Shown here in pieces: positions 21,151 to 29,862 of a DNA stretch of 64,000 nt (position 1 is the stretch's first letter; the number at the start of each line of letters is the position of its first letter). The translations under genes were made by a program, and so were the position numbers. Below the pieces are notes generated by a model, which did no database searches, was not told the origin of the DNA, and saw nothing but the letters and a program-made list of their open reading frames with translations. Source of the stretch: an uncultured delta proteobacterium (GTDB lineage: Bacteria; Myxococcota; Myxococcia; Myxococcales; Myxococcaceae); NCBI GenBank assembly GCA_963771175.1, contig CAVYSY010000051.1:64001-128000 (forward strand), in the 5' to 3' direction.

Positions 21151-22707
21151 TCAAAGCTCGGTGCTCTCGATGGACTCCACCCACCGGCGGGCATCCAACC
21201 CGCCATTGGCGAAGTCCGACATCAGCTCGAACACCACATCCGAAAAACCTCCCACGTTGAAGATGTCCTCTCGCTCCGGTGCCTGGGTCGTCCCGTACGG
21301 CTGGAGATCGATGCACACCAGCCGCGCGCGCGGGTTGCGGCGCCGGAAGAGCTCCCACTGTCGCAGCGTCTCCGTCCCCACTCCCGCCCGCGCATCCACC
21401 CAGGACTCGTTGTCCGACACGAACACCACCAGCTCCCCCTTCGCGTGGCGCGCGTTCAGCCACGCCAGTGGCGCGCTGCAGTTCGTCCCGCCCCCTCCCA
21501 CCGACGCCATTCGCTGGGCGTTGGCCATGATGCTGTCGCGCACCGGGAGCGTCAGCGGCACCACGTCATGATCGAACGGCACCACCTGCGCGCCCGGGTT
21601 GCGTCGCAACATGGCCGCCGCCAGGAGCGCGGCCACGTCCACGCAGCGCACCGCCGTCGTCGCCCCCTCGCGATGCCCCGTCACCGGCGACTGCATGGAG
21701 CCCGAGACGTCCACGCAGACGTAGGCCCGGCCCTCCACTCGCGGCACGTTCTCGATGGCCACCTCCATGGCCGCCTGCAACGCGTCACGCACCCGGGCAG
21801 GCACCTCGCGACCCACCGCGCGCCACGCCGCCAGGAGCTGGTACGGGAACACCCGCGCCCGCCGCACCTCCGCCGGATCCGCCAGCCGCCGGGCGATCCG
21901 CTTCTCCATCCCCGGCTCGTTGAAAACGCCGTGCCGGGCGAAGGTGTTGAGGTTCATCCGCGTCATGTGCCAGGAGGCCTCCTGGGCGATGTGCACCCAC
22001 GCCTCCGTCTTCAGGGGCAGGGAAGTGAGGAGCTGGAAGGGCACCTCCGGCACCTCACGCGAGGTGGGGCGGGCCTTGAAGTCCTCGTAGTGGGCCACCA
22101 GCTCCGGCAGCGCCTCGCGCGCGTGGGGCCGACCCAGCAGGTAGCCATAGAAGGATTCACGTCGAGCCGTCTTCGGCTTGGGGTGCACCATGTGGATGAT
22201 GTCCGCCAGCGAGGGGGACTGGCCCACCGACTCACGAAAGAGCGTGTCCTCGTCGCGCGCGTCCAGCCACTCGCACACCAGCCGCTTGGGGAGGCTCCCC
22301 AGCGAGCGGCGGGCCACGAGCCCCGAGCGCATGATCTGCACGAAGGTGCGCAGCATGCGGCCGGTGTCGATGACGCGCGGGAAGACGCGCGGCAGCAGCT
22401 CGGGTCCGAGCACCGAGAGCACCGCGCACAGCAGCGCCGGGGTGTCCTTCATGTACCCGCGCTGGCGGCAGTACAGGGCCGTGCGAGCCACGAACTCCGG
22501 CTCCACCTGGCCACTCAGCGCGAGAAGCTGGTCGAGCTGCACCTCGGCCGCGGCATAGAAGGTGCCGTTGAGGCAGCCGGTGGCGGCGTACTGGGCCAGC
22601 GCGTGCCGGGGCGTGAAGGCAAAGGCAGGGGCGCCCTCCTCGTTGAGGGCATCGGGCGGGGGCAGTACCGGGCCGCGAGTGGTCTGGAAGAGGGACAGGT
22701 TCGCCAT
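21151..22707 (-). CDS. rsr: TROVE domain RNA-binding protein (Ro60/Rsr ortholog) with C-terminal vWA
   Basis: NEEGAPAF, TGCLNGTFY, RMNLNTFARHGVF, ARVFPYQL, vWA DVSGSM, GGGGTNCSAPL, VSDNESW, IDLQPY, VGGFSD. Confidence 0.88.
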   Translation of the reverse strand: MANLSLFQTTRGPVLPPPDALNEEGAPAFAFTPRHALAQYAATGCLNGTFYAAAEVQLDQLLALSGQVEPEFVARTALYCRQRGYMKDTPALLCAVLSVLGPELLPRVFPRVIDTGRMLRTFVQIMRSGLVARRSLGSLPKRLVCEWLDARDEDTLFRESVGQSPSLADIIHMVHPKPKTARRESFYGYLLGRPHAREALPELVAHYEDFKARPTSREVPEVPFQLLTSLPLKTEAWVHIAQEASWHMTRMNLNTFARHGVFNEPGMEKRIARRLADPAEVRRARVFPYQLLAAWRAVGREVPARVRDALQAAMEVAIENVPRVEGRAYVCVDVSGSMQSPVTGHREGATTAVRCVDVAALLAAAMLRRNPGAQVVPFDHDVVPLTLPVRDSIMANAQRMASVGGGGTNCSAPLAWLNARHAKGELVVFVSDNESWVDARAGVGTETLRQWELFRRRNPRARLVCIDLQPYGTTQAPEREDIFNVGGFSDVVFELMSDFANGGLDARRWVESIESTEL

Positions 22708-22719
22708 GCCCCTGCCTTG

Positions 22720-22735
22720 AGCATCCGGCGTGCCA
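22720..22735 (-). promoter_or_regulatory. sigma54 (-24/-12) promoter of the TROVE gene
   Basis: Minus strand TGGCAC-GCCGG-ATGCT, close to the TGGCAC-N5-TTGC consensus with exact GG/GC spacing. Confidence 0.65.
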
Positions 22736-22822
22736 TTCCGTCCGCCAGGGTGCCACCCAGCGCAAACCCGCGTCTTTCCAGGGACTTCCCCGGCCTGGCT
22801 CGGGAGCAGGCTCCTGGAGGCC

Positions 22823-22838
22823 TTATTCATCAGGATAA
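22823..22838. promoter_or_regulatory. Candidate enhancer (UAS) for a sigma54 activator
   Basis: AT-rich imperfect palindrome TTATTC-N4-GGATAA ~90-105 bp upstream of the -24 element. Confidence 0.4.
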
Positions 22839-22895
22839 AGTCTTAGCCTTGGGAATAGGAACGGCCACCGGAAGGCAGGGACGAGCCTGAGCGCA

Positions 22896-22939
22896 CTGGC
22901 GTAGGGGAGGGCGGTGGGGGGCGCCTGCCCCCACGCCAG
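22896..22939 (-). terminator. Hairpin downstream of the ATP-grasp gene
   Basis: Minus strand CTGGCGTGGGGG...CCCCTACGCCAG stem ~20 nt after the stop. Confidence 0.45.
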
Positions 22940-22958
22940 GAGCAGGCCAGGACGTGGA

Positions 22959-23834
22959 TTACCGCTCCACGCCCAGCAATGCCGCGAACAGCTCTCGGGG
23001 ATCGATGCTTGGGGGAATCCCGGAGACACCGCCATCGTTCACCTCGACCACGGCCCAACGGCCGTCTTCGAGCATCGCGACATCCATGGTGAAGAAGCGC
23101 GCGTCGATTCTGCGTGCGAGTCGCTCGAAGGCGGAGAAATCCGGTACGTCGACATCGAAGTCATCGGAGGACTCCGCCGCCAGGAGCCGCCCGTGCCCGA
23201 AGAACAGCCGGAATTCGAGGTGCGCGGGCCCGGTCCGCGTCCGTCCCCGGACCTTGAATGGCAGGATCCGCCTGACGACGAACCCACGCTCGAAGCGCTC
23301 TCCTCGCTCCTCGAGCAGCGCGCCGCAGATGCGCTCGAAGTCCTGTCGCGAGGCTCCGGCCGGAACGAAGCACGCCTCGGCCCAACGCTCCTTCGCCGAC
23401 TTCACGTGGTCCTTCACGAGCCATGGCGGCGAGCCGAGCGCTTGAGCGGCATGCCACGCCTCCGACGGGTCCGTGCCCTCGGTCCAGACGGAGCGTGCGG
23501 TGTACCCCTTCAGCTGCGGGTACCAGTTCGGCAGGTAGTGGGCCGCCGAGTACTGCGCGGGGGTGGTCATCAGCTCGTGGCTAAGCGCCCCGAGCGCCTC
23601 GTCCAGCGCCTCGTACTCTTCGCCCGTGAGCATCCACCCCCGGTACAGCAGCCGGAGGTGGCCCTGTTCGGGAATGGCGGCGCACGCGCGTTCCGCATCG
23701 CCCTCCAACAGGGCGGCCAGATCGATCTGGAAGGTATCTATTCCCAGCGCTTCGGCCGCATCCGCCTCCGTATCGAATGAATCGGACTGATGCGGATTCC
23801 GGCCAAACAGGATGGACGAAGCCAGCGGCATCAT
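22959..23834 (-). CDS. ATP-grasp domain protein (R2K-like)
   Basis: LYRGWML, HYLPNWY, VKDHVKSAK, EFRLFF, FFTMDVA, VVEVNDGGVSG (ExN metal motif). Confidence 0.75.
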   Translation of the reverse strand: MMPLASSILFGRNPHQSDSFDTEADAAEALGIDTFQIDLAALLEGDAERACAAIPEQGHLRLLYRGWMLTGEEYEALDEALGALSHELMTTPAQYSAAHYLPNWYPQLKGYTARSVWTEGTDPSEAWHAAQALGSPPWLVKDHVKSAKERWAEACFVPAGASRQDFERICGALLEERGERFERGFVVRRILPFKVRGRTRTGPAHLEFRLFFGHGRLLAAESSDDFDVDVPDFSAFERLARRIDARFFTMDVAMLEDGRWAVVEVNDGGVSGIPPSIDPRELFAALLGVER

Positions 23835-24055
23835 GAACCTCTCGTCAGGGGTGGGGCTCCCCCAGACGACGGCTCGAAACGAGGCCTGACAAAGGACTCA
23901 GTGGCTTGTTCGCGGTGGTGTGGCCGGTGTCGCATGGCGATTTCCGGCACTCGACGGGAATGACGCGGTCTGCCCCGAAAACCTGACGAAATCGTTTGCG
24001 TGCGCCGTGGATTCTCGGGGGCCGAAGTGTCCAGGCCCGCCTACCATGGAGCGGC

Positions 24056-24538
24056 TCAATCCACTTCGGGATGGCGCCGGAGGTTCCGCCTCCTTCGCAT
24101 CCACCACCAGGCCGGCAGGAGGCCTGTCAGCAACGGGGGCAGCCAGCTCGGGACGCCCAGCCAGAGCGACCATGGCTCCGCCTTGTCCTGGTGCCCCTTG
24201 CGGATGAGCCAGAAGCCCATGCGGTTCCAGCCGGACTGGGGTGTCGGCTTCCGCGGCGCTCGAAAGAAGGCGCCCCCCAGGTCGAAGCGCTCCAGGGGTT
24301 TCGATTTGGGATGTCTGAATTCGTTAGCCCCCACCATGAAGGAGCCGTCTCCGGGCCACCGGAGGCGATAGTGGGTCTGGGTCACGAAGGCATCATCGAC
24401 GCGATCCGCGTCGATGCCGAAGGAGGTGTAGAGCCTGTAACCGAACGGCCACATCACCAGGAAGGCCAGGCTCGCGAGCAACGAGGCTCCGCAGAGGAGG
24501 TCGAATGCGGAGGGACGGAAGGGCGCTGGTCTCTTCAT
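24056..24538 (-). CDS. Hypothetical membrane protein
   Basis: Two hydrophobic segments, positively charged C-terminal tail; no recognised family. Confidence 0.5.
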   Translation of the reverse strand: MKRPAPFRPSAFDLLCGASLLASLAFLVMWPFGYRLYTSFGIDADRVDDAFVTQTHYRLRWPGDGSFMVGANEFRHPKSKPLERFDLGGAFFRAPRKPTPQSGWNRMGFWLIRKGHQDKAEPWSLWLGVPSWLPPLLTGLLPAWWWMRRRRNLRRHPEVD

Positions 24539-24729
24539 GGGATGCTCGTGTGGCTTCCACCGGGAGGATACTCCATCGCCTTGGACGTCCTGGCGATGGA
24601 CCACCTTTGAGCCGTCGGCGACCTGCTGCAAGTGGCGTCGGGCCTTCTCGATGAGGGCCCGCATCCGGCATCCCCACTTCGAATCGCTGAGCCGCTGCCT
24701 TAGCATCCCTCCACCCTCAAGGAGGAGCA

Positions 24730-25742
24730 ATGCTCGTTCGGTCTTCACTGGTGGCAGGTCTGCTCGCGGGAGCGCTCGTCGCTTTCGCCCCACAGGCCCA
24801 TGCCGCCTGCTCGTACTTCGCCGCGCTGGATCGCGATGTCACCCAGCCCTCACAGCGCGCACTCATCACCTGGGATCCAGAGACGAAGTCCGAGTCCTTC
24901 ACCGTGCAGCCCGTCTTCCAGGGCAATGCCGAGGACTTCGGCATGGTCATCCCCACGCCCGCCCAGCCCAAGCTGAAGGAGGCCCCTCGCGACATCTTCA
25001 AGGACCTGGCGCTCTACACCGTGCTCGAGCCCAGGCCCTGTACGCGTCCCATGAAGAAGTACTCCAGCGCCTTCCCGTCCGCGGCTCGAGAGGCCCCGGT
25101 GATGAAGAAGAGCACGGTGCGGGTGCTGGAGGCGGGCGTGGTCGGCTCGCTCGACTACAAGATCATCACCGCGGAGAAGGCCTCGGACCTGTTCGAGTGG
25201 CTGAAGGAGAACAAGTACAGCTACTCCGGCGACGAGGCGACGCTCGACTTCTACGTGAAGAAGAAGTGGTTCTTCACCGTGATGAAGATCGACACCAAGC
25301 AGATGAAGCATGACCCGACGGCACCTTCGCCGGCGAGGTGACGCCCACGCGCTTCCAGTTCACCAGCGAGAAGCTCGTCTACCCGCTGAAGATCACCCCG
25401 TTGAGCGTGAAGGACAAGACCGAGGCGCTCTTCTACGTGCAGGCCCCTCGGAAGATCGCCTTGCCCCAGTCGAAGCTGGAGTACGCGAAGCGGCTGAAGG
25501 GAGCGGACCTCGACAAGCTGGACAAGGGCCTGGTGCCCATCCCCCAGTCCTCGCAGACCATGGGGGAGGCTCAGCAACACGACTTCAAGGGGCTGAAGGG
25601 ATGGCTGAAGAAGGGCGAGTACCTCACGAAGGTGCGGCGCGTCTTCCGCAAGGAGGAGATGACCGATGATCTCGAGCTGGCCTTCGCCAACGACAACGAG
25701 GAGTACACCTCGTACGAGGACTGCGGCGGAGTTCCCCCGTGA
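24730..25742 (+). CDS. DUF2330 domain secreted protein; apparent frameshift at ~25315-25340
   Basis: Signal peptide AHA; FQGNAEDFGMVIPTP, WLKENKY, YVKKKWFFTVMK, then PTRFQFTSEKLVYPLKIT in the next frame. Confidence 0.65.
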
Positions 25743-27631
25743 GGCTCGCGCTGCTCGCGGCGCTCCTCCCGACGCTCGCTTCCGCCCAGCTCTCGGTGCG
25801 TCCGGGCAGCACGCGCGATCACCCGCATGACGTGCCCTGGGATGTCTCGGGGCGCTCGCTGAAGGCCCCGCGCCTGCGCGCCCTGCACGCCCCCGTCGAC
25901 GTGCAGGGCAGCTCCATCTGGCTCATCCGGAACGATCCGCTGCTCGCCTATGCGATAGGCCGCGACCTCAACCTGCGTGACTGGCAGCTTCGGGACGGCG
26001 TGTTCGGCGAGCCGGGACGGCTCGTGGGCTTCACCCGGCCACGCCTCATGGGCGGTGGAGGCGGAGGCACCCTGCCTCGCGATGACTCCGGCTCGTGCGC
26101 CACCTGCCACAACGTCCCCTTCGGCGAGCCGGGTGCTGGCCCCACCATTCCCAAGGACGCGGGCACCGGCCGCAACACGCCCCACCTCTTCGGTGGGGGC
26201 CTCCAGGAGATGATTGGCGAGCACATCCGCGCCCGCATTCTCGCCTCGTGCGACGCCAACGGTGATGGCCGCATCACCCCCGCCGAAGCCAAGGGGAAGC
26301 GGGCCACCGTCCACACGCGGGGCTCGGGCGGGGTGGCGCTCGACTTCGGCCCCTGTGGCGACGAGACGGGAGAGGGGGTACCGGACATCGAGCCGCAGGT
26401 GCGGGCGTACTACCTGGATGGCGAGGGCCAGTGGATGGCCTGGGCCACTTCGCTGAAGACGCCCGGCGTCGCCGCCTGGGCCCCCGAGCCACAGGTCTTC
26501 GGGCACGGCCAGGCGGACGGGGCGCTCACTTCCACGCTCCGCGCCTTCTTCGTCCAGGCCGCGGACGTCCACACCGGACTGCAGGCGTACGATCCACTCC
26601 TGGTGGATGACCCGGACAAGGATGGCCTCTCCGGGACGAGTCCGAGTGGCATGGTGCAGACGATGACCGTGCGGCCGCGCGACCGCGGGCGGGTGTTGAC
26701 CGCTGCCGGCGTCTCGCGGGACGACCCCGACCGGGACGGCGCGCTCGAGGAACTCTCGTGTGGCGACGTGGACCTGGCCGAGCACTTCCTCCTGCACGTC
26801 CCACCCCCGGCGGAGAAGCCCACGCCCCGGGCCCGAGAGGGACGCAAGGTGTTCGACCGCATCGGCTGCGCCACCTGCCACGTGGCGGACTGGGAGGTGG
26901 AGCGCGACCGGCGACTCTTCCGCCTGGAGGTCGCACCGGGCTCCTCGGGCACGCTCGAAGGCCGCCTCGTGTGGACCGCGCGAAAGACGGAGACAGGGCT
27001 GGAGCCCGAGGGCAGACCCTTCCTCGCGCGCGGCGTGTACAGCGACTTCCGGCGCCATGACCTCGGGCCGGAGAGCCACGAGCTGGGCTTCGATGGCACG
27101 GTCCTCCGGAAGTTCCGCACCGCGCCGCTGTGGGGTGTGGGCTCCACGGCCCCGTACTTCCACGACGGGGCCTCGCTGTCGCTGGAGGACGCGCTGGAGC
27201 GCCATGGTGGCGAGGCGGCGGAGACGCGGGCCCGCTGGAGGGCTCTGCCCGAGCGCGAGCGCGACGCGCTGCTGGCCTTCCTCAACAGCCTCGTCCTCTA
27301 CGCCATCACCGATCTGCCCGCGGACGTGGATGGGGATGGGAAGGTGGCCGCCGAGTGGAAGGTGGGCGGACAGCCGACGTATGGCCCGGAGCGCTTCAAC
27401 CCCGAGCTGCTGTCCCAGGTGCCCTGTGCGCTGGAGGGGCCGACGCGAGGCTATGGCGGTGAGCCCATCATCAGCCGGGCCTGTCTCAACGTGCCCGCGC
27501 TGTATCGGATGGACCTGAAGGCACGACGGGATGTGGACCAGGACGGCTTTCCCGATGTGCGGGATGATTGTCCGGAGCAGCGTGGCTACCTGGACGGGTG
27601 TCAGGACCCGCCCGGCTACACCGGTGAGTGA
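25739..27631 (+). CDS. Di-haem oxidoreductase (DHOR-like) secreted protein
   Basis: Two CATCH haem-c motifs, RNTPHLFGGG, YSDFRRHDLG, FRTAPLWGVG, YFHDG, HGGEA; start overlaps the DUF2330 stop. Confidence 0.8.
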   Translation: MRLALLAALLPTLASAQLSVRPGSTRDHPHDVPWDVSGRSLKAPRLRALHAPVDVQGSSIWLIRNDPLLAYAIGRDLNLRDWQLRDGVFGEPGRLVGFTRPRLMGGGGGGTLPRDDSGSCATCHNVPFGEPGAGPTIPKDAGTGRNTPHLFGGGLQEMIGEHIRARILASCDANGDGRITPAEAKGKRATVHTRGSGGVALDFGPCGDETGEGVPDIEPQVRAYYLDGEGQWMAWATSLKTPGVAAWAPEPQVFGHGQADGALTSTLRAFFVQAADVHTGLQAYDPLLVDDPDKDGLSGTSPSGMVQTMTVRPRDRGRVLTAAGVSRDDPDRDGALEELSCGDVDLAEHFLLHVPPPAEKPTPRAREGRKVFDRIGCATCHVADWEVERDRRLFRLEVAPGSSGTLEGRLVWTARKTETGLEPEGRPFLARGVYSDFRRHDLGPESHELGFDGTVLRKFRTAPLWGVGSTAPYFHDGASLSLEDALERHGGEAAETRARWRALPERERDALLAFLNSLVLYAITDLPADVDGDGKVAAEWKVGGQPTYGPERFNPELLSQVPCALEGPTRGYGGEPIISRACLNVPALYRMDLKARRDVDQDGFPDVRDDCPEQRGYLDGCQDPPGYTGE

Positions 27632-28425
27632 GGCTGTCGGAGCTCGGGGCCAGCGAGCTCTTGGGGCGGGGGCTCCGGCAGGGTGAGCACCTCGCAGCCC
27701 TCACGCGTCACCAGGACGGTGTGCTCGAACTGGGCGGAGAGGCGCCCGTCCTCGGTGACCACCGTCCACCTGTCCGGCAGCACCCGCACCTCCGGGCGCC
27801 CGAGGTTCACCATGGGCTCGATGGTGAGGACCATGCCCGAGCGCAGCGTGATGCCCGTGCCCCGCTTCCCCACGTGAGACACATGGGGCGGGAGGTGCAT
27901 GGAGCGGCCGATGCCATGCCCCCCGAACTCCTCCACCACGCTGCAGCCCTCCGCCCGCGCCAGCTCCTGGATGGCCGCGCCGATGTCTCCCAGCTTCGCG
28001 CCGTGACGCACGACCGCGATGCCCGCCTCCCGGCACCGGCGCGCCACCTCCACCACGTGCCGCGCTTCCGCCGACACCTCGCCGATGAGGAACGTGGCCG
28101 AGGTGTCACCGTGGAACCCGTTCAGACACGTGGTCACGTCCACGTTGATGATGTCCCCCGGAGCGAGCCGCTCCTCCTCGCGCGGGATGCCGTGGCAGAC
28201 CACGTGGTTGCGGCTGGTGCACACCGTCGCGGGGAAGCCGTGATAGCCCAACTGGCTCGGCGTGCCTCCGCGCCGGGCGGTGTCCTCCCGCACCCACGCG
28301 TCGATGTCCGCCGTTGAAATCCCAGGCGCCAGCCGCGCCGCGACGTATGCCAGCGTCCCCGCCGCCGCCTGCCCCGCCAGGCGCAGGCGTTCGACCTCGG
28401 TCCCTTTCAGCAGTGGAATCCCCAT
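27616..28425 (-). CDS. map: Type I methionyl aminopeptidase
   Basis: CTSRNHVVCHGIP, DIINVDVT, HGDTS, GHGIG, TIEPM, SAQFEHT. Confidence 0.93.
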   Translation of the reverse strand: MGIPLLKGTEVERLRLAGQAAAGTLAYVAARLAPGISTADIDAWVREDTARRGGTPSQLGYHGFPATVCTSRNHVVCHGIPREEERLAPGDIINVDVTTCLNGFHGDTSATFLIGEVSAEARHVVEVARRCREAGIAVVRHGAKLGDIGAAIQELARAEGCSVVEEFGGHGIGRSMHLPPHVSHVGKRGTGITLRSGMVLTIEPMVNLGRPEVRVLPDRWTVVTEDGRLSAQFEHTVLVTREGCEVLTLPEPPPQELAGPELRQPHSPV

Positions 28426-28463
28426 GGCGCGGCAAGGTGGCACTCGCGCTGTCGGAGCGTCCA

Positions 28464-28478
28464 ATGCTGGATGCGCAT
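28464..28478. promoter_or_regulatory. Candidate LysR box
   Basis: ATGC-N7-GCAT (T-N11-A with dyad symmetry) between divergent map and lysR. Confidence 0.4.
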
Positions 28479-28538
28479 GGAGGTGGGAGGAAGGGCTCCC
28501 GTGCATCGGCCCCTGGTTCCGCGCTAACGTCTCCTGCC

Positions 28539-28817
28539 GTGAGTCTCACGCACATCCAGTCCTTCGTCGCGGTGGCCGAGGAGGGCCATGTGGGGCGCGC
28601 CGCGCACCGGCTCCATCTCACCCAGCCTCCGCTCAGTCGGCACATCCTCTCGCTCGAGGAAGAGCTCGGCACCCCGCTCTTCGAGCGCACGTCCCGGGGC
28701 ATGCGCCTGCTGCCCGCGGGCGAGGCGTTCCTGCTCCACGCGCGCCGCATCCTCGCCGAGGTGGATGCGGCGGTGCACACCGTGCGAGGCGTCATCACGG
28801 ACCGCGCGGAGGGGTGA
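28539..28817 (+). CDS. LysR-type HTH-only regulator (92 aa)
   Basis: FVAVAEEGHVGRAAHRLHLTQPPLSRHILSLEEELGTPLFERT; stops after the linker helix. Confidence 0.8.
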   Translation: MSLTHIQSFVAVAEEGHVGRAAHRLHLTQPPLSRHILSLEEELGTPLFERTSRGMRLLPAGEAFLLHARRILAEVDAAVHTVRGVITDRAEG

Positions 28818-28834
28818 GACCGCGGAGGTCTTCA

Positions 28835-29788
28835 TCAGGTGAGCAACCGCACTGGCGCGCCGGCTCTCCAGGCCAGGATGTCCTCCAGCGCATCGCGGTA
28901 GAAGACGGCGTAGTTCTCCCGCGTCACGTAGCCGAGGTGCGGGGTCAGCACGACGTTGGGCAGGGAGAGCAGGGGGTGGTCGGTCGGCAGTGGCTCGACG
29001 GGAAACACGTCCAGCCCGGCTCCGGCGATCCGCTTGTCACGCAGCACGGCCAGTAGCGCCGACTCGTCCACCAGCCCGGCGCGGGAGGTGTTGACGAACC
29101 AGGCGGTGGGCCTCATGGCGTTCAGCTCCTCGGCGCCGACGATGCCGCGCGTACGGTCACTGAGGATGAGGTGCAGGCTGACGACATCCGAGGTGGCGAA
29201 CAGCTCCTGCTTCTCCACCCGGCGCACACCGACCTCGGCCGCCCGCTCGGGGGTGAGGTTCTGGCTCCAGGCCACCACGTCCATCCCGAAGGCCTGCCCC
29301 ACGCGCGCCACCTGGGTGCCGAGCTTTCCGAGTCCGAGCAGGCCCAGGCGCTTGCCGGCCAGCCCCTCGGTCAATCCGGTCTGCCAGGCGCCAGCGCGCA
29401 GGGCGCGCTCCTCCGCCGGGATGCGTTTGACCAGCGCCAGGATGAGACCCCAGGCCAGCTCCGCCGTTGGTGTGCCGAGGGTGCCCGTGCCGCAGACCGT
29501 GATGCCACGCGCCCGGCACGCCTCCAGAGCGATGGAGGCGTTGCGCCCGCCCGTGGTGATCAGCAGGCGCAGCTTCGGCAGTCGTTCGAGCAGCTCGGCC
29601 GGGAAGGGCGTGCGCTCCCGCATGATGACGATCACCTCGAAGGGCTGGAGCGCCGCCGCCAGCTCCTCCCGGTCGGCGATGTGGCGGTCGAACACGACGA
29701 GGTCGCTACCGGCCGGCAGACGGTCCCAGTCGGCGAGGTCCCTCGCGACGCGCTGGTAGTCGTCGAGGATGGCGATCTTCATGGACAT
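28835..29788 (-). CDS. D-2-hydroxyacid dehydrogenase family protein
   Basis: LDDYQ, MRERTPF, GLGKLG, NTSRAGLVDE, DVFPVEP, TPHLGYVT. Confidence 0.92.
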   Translation of the reverse strand: MSMKIAILDDYQRVARDLADWDRLPAGSDLVVFDRHIADREELAAALQPFEVIVIMRERTPFPAELLERLPKLRLLITTGGRNASIALEACRARGITVCGTGTLGTPTAELAWGLILALVKRIPAEERALRAGAWQTGLTEGLAGKRLGLLGLGKLGTQVARVGQAFGMDVVAWSQNLTPERAAEVGVRRVEKQELFATSDVVSLHLILSDRTRGIVGAEELNAMRPTAWFVNTSRAGLVDESALLAVLRDKRIAGAGLDVFPVEPLPTDHPLLSLPNVVLTPHLGYVTRENYAVFYRDALEDILAWRAGAPVRLLT

Positions 29789-29862
29789 GGCCGCGGAGCA
29801 TAGGAGGACTCACGTCCTCCTTGCCCGGGTTGTTCCTGGCGCCCCGTCCCCGACTCTCCCTC

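Noticed and set aside
17900..24000. Defined mobile element carrying the Ro/HEPN module
   Set aside because: No integrase, transposase, tRNA target or flanking direct repeats could be identified.
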